Below, one piece after another: positions 62,541 through 64,000 of a stretch of 64,000 nucleotides of DNA. The translations under genes were made by a program, and so were the position numbers. Each line of letters opens with the position of its first letter. The first letter of the stretch is position 1. The notes under the pieces were generated by a model. The model was given only the letters and a program-made list of their open reading frames with translations, did not search any database and was not told the DNA's origin. The stretch is from Peribolospora baueri (Eukaryota), in assembly GCA_029717555.1 (NCBI GenBank), contig JAMDHS010000090.1, forward strand, positions 1 through 64,000, in the 5' to 3' direction.

Positions 62541-64000
62541 CTACTCCCGCCGCTCCCCGTCCTCCCTCCTCCCCGCCGCCCTCATCCCAAGCGCCCCGCC
62601 GCGCAAGCTGGCCGTCGACGTCGACGTCCTCTCTCCCCTCGTCCCGCCGGCGCCGCCACGGCCGAGGCCGACCCAAGGCGCGAGGACGACACGGGCAAAG
62701 ATCTCTCCGAAACCGAGCATGACGCCGTTGACAAACGGAAGCAACAGGTTGATCGTCACGCTCGACATCGCCAGGCCCATGCGCCGGGACAAGGAGAGGC
62801 CTGGGCTGAAAATGGAGAGGGTAAGGCTCGAGCTCGGATCCACGCGCGAGTCCTCCTCCTCGTCCTCGGAGCGACCGGTGTGAGAAGTGCTCCGAGGCAC
62901 GACGCGGGGCGCTCCAGCCGACGCAGATCGCACCGTCTCAGGTTGCGAGGGCTCCAGCTTGTCTTTGAGTTTCGACACGACGTCGTGGCCGGCGGCAGCG
63001 CTCGACTTGGTAGCGTCGCCACCGCCGGACGACGACAACGACCGTTCAGCACGAGCCCAGGCGAAAGGGTCGTCGATCTCCCTCTGGTCCGCCGCGCCGT
63101 CCGGACCGTCGCGGTCTCGCTTGGAAGAAGAAGACGACTCCGACTCGTTGATCGCTGCTTCGGGCGCGCCCTCCTCGAGCTTGGGTCGTTTGGCGTCCTC
63201 CTCGCTCCTCTGAACGGCGCCCTCGAGCTCCTTCCGGATACGGTCATCCTCTCCGCTCGTCGCCTTCGGCGGCTCTTGCGCCTCGGCCTTGGCCGCGGTA
63301 CCGCCTTGAGCGGAAGTGTTGCCCTCAGCCTCCTCGGCCTTGCCCTCGGCTTCTTGAGCCCGACGTTGCCTAAGCTCCTCTTCCTCGGCGGCGCGCAGCT
63401 GATCCTCTTCAAACTTCATCTTGTACAGAGGACTCTTGGGGTCCTCGAGCAGAGACGCTTCGCTGGACATGCGCGAGAGGGTCGACTCGCGCACGATCTG
63501 ACGTGCCGCAATTGCCCGAGGGCTCATCCCGTCCGTCACAGTCACGCTCGACCGACGCACTTCGCCCACGGGGCCGTCGAAAGACATGACCGCCTCGCGG
63601 TCGTCGTTCACCTCGTCCTCCAGCTCGAGCTCGAGCGCGCTCGAAGCGCCGTTCACAGCGGCGCTCGCATCGTTCGCGTTCGTAGCCGCCGGAGAGACAG
63701 TACCGGACGTGAACGACTCCTGTACGAGCTCGGGGCCGGGCAGGCCGGGAGAGGAAGAAAGCGGACGGCTGCCACCCACGCGGGGAGAGGCGCGAGCGGA
63801 AGCGACGATGGCAGAGTCGAAGGACAGCCGACGTTGGGGCCAAGGAGCTGTGTCTGCCTTACCGCGGCCGTCCTCGTCCGCCGAGTCGGCCGGCTCGGGG
63901 TCGGCGCTCAGCGACGCATCTACCTCGTCAAGCGTCGGCGGGGCCACCGTGGCCGTCTGCGCTGAAGCCGAAGGCTGTTCGGCCGACGGAGCAGCATTGT
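62541..64000 (-). CDS. MIM1: Mim1/Tom13-domain mitochondrial outer-membrane insertase subunit with a very long acidic N-terminal region (5' end beyond window)
   Basis: C-terminal SSVTINLLLPFVNGVMLGFGEIFA is the Mim1 signature. The frame is open without a stop from TAG at 62541 to the window edge; the listed start at 63947 is a GTG. Confidence 0.85.
   Translation of the reverse strand, partial: NAAPSAEQPSASAQTATVAPPTLDEVDASLSADPEPADSADEDGRGKADTAPWPQRRLSFDSAIVASARASPRVGGSRPLSSSPGLPGPELVQESFTSGTVSPAATNANDASAAVNGASSALELELEDEVNDDREAVMSFDGPVGEVRRSSVTVTDGMSPRAIAARQIVRESTLSRMSSEASLLEDPKSPLYKMKFEEDQLRAAEEEELRQRRAQEAEGKAEEAEGNTSAQGGTAAKAEAQEPPKATSGEDDRIRKELEGAVQRSEEDAKRPKLEEGAPEAAINESESSSSSKRDRDGPDGAADQREIDDPFAWARAERSLSSSGGGDATKSSAAAGHDVVSKLKDKLEPSQPETVRSASAGAPRVVPRSTSHTGRSEDEEEDSRVDPSSSLTLSIFSPGLSLSRRMGLAMSSVTINLLLPFVNGVMLGFGEIFARVVLAPWVGLGRGGAGGTRGERTSTSTASLRGGALGMRAAGRREDGERRE

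Noticed and set aside
62418..63965. 515-aa plus-strand ORF
   Set aside because: Antisense shadow of the MIM1-domain ORF; Arg-rich composition typical of a wrong-strand translation.
1..64000. tRNA/rRNA genes and a secondary-metabolite cluster around the two MFS transporters
   Set aside because: No cloverleaf or rRNA motifs noticed; no PKS, NRPS, terpene or tailoring genes next to the transporters.

Overview
Eukaryotic, intron-rich, GC-rich fungal DNA. The gene content and short GT-AG introns point to a basidiomycete; the species cannot be determined from this window. The first ~5.9 kb holds a decayed Ty3/Gypsy pol remnant, a three-copy dispersed repeat and a FYVE-like/HeH/RING E3 ligase gene. 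The remainder is mostly spliced housekeeping genes: DHA1 and DHA2 MFS transporters, ASE1/PRC1, UXS1, elongin C, a large unknown protein, TFIIH p62/TFB1, a GT90 glycosyltransferase, a HIT zinc-finger protein, mitochondrial DnaJ, a secreted GPI-type protein, type II NADH dehydrogenase, glutathione peroxidase, MPO1-like, aminoacylase-1, TOM22, a small orphan ORF, an SPT small subunit and a MIM1-domain gene running off the right edge. After ~38.7 kb the intergenic spacers become long and microsatellite-rich. The most notable observations are a MIM1 domain at the end of a >480-codon ORF near TOM22 in a mitochondria-biased neighbourhood, a probable dual-start GPX with an 8-nt catalytic microexon, a CARP/RNF34-like ligase, recurrent GTCACGTG sites in non-coding DNA, a GC-AG intron, and an orphan small protein with a 3'UTR intron. 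I did not find a clearly new multi-gene system. Gene coordinates run from start codon to stop codon including introns, and the exon models were built by eye.
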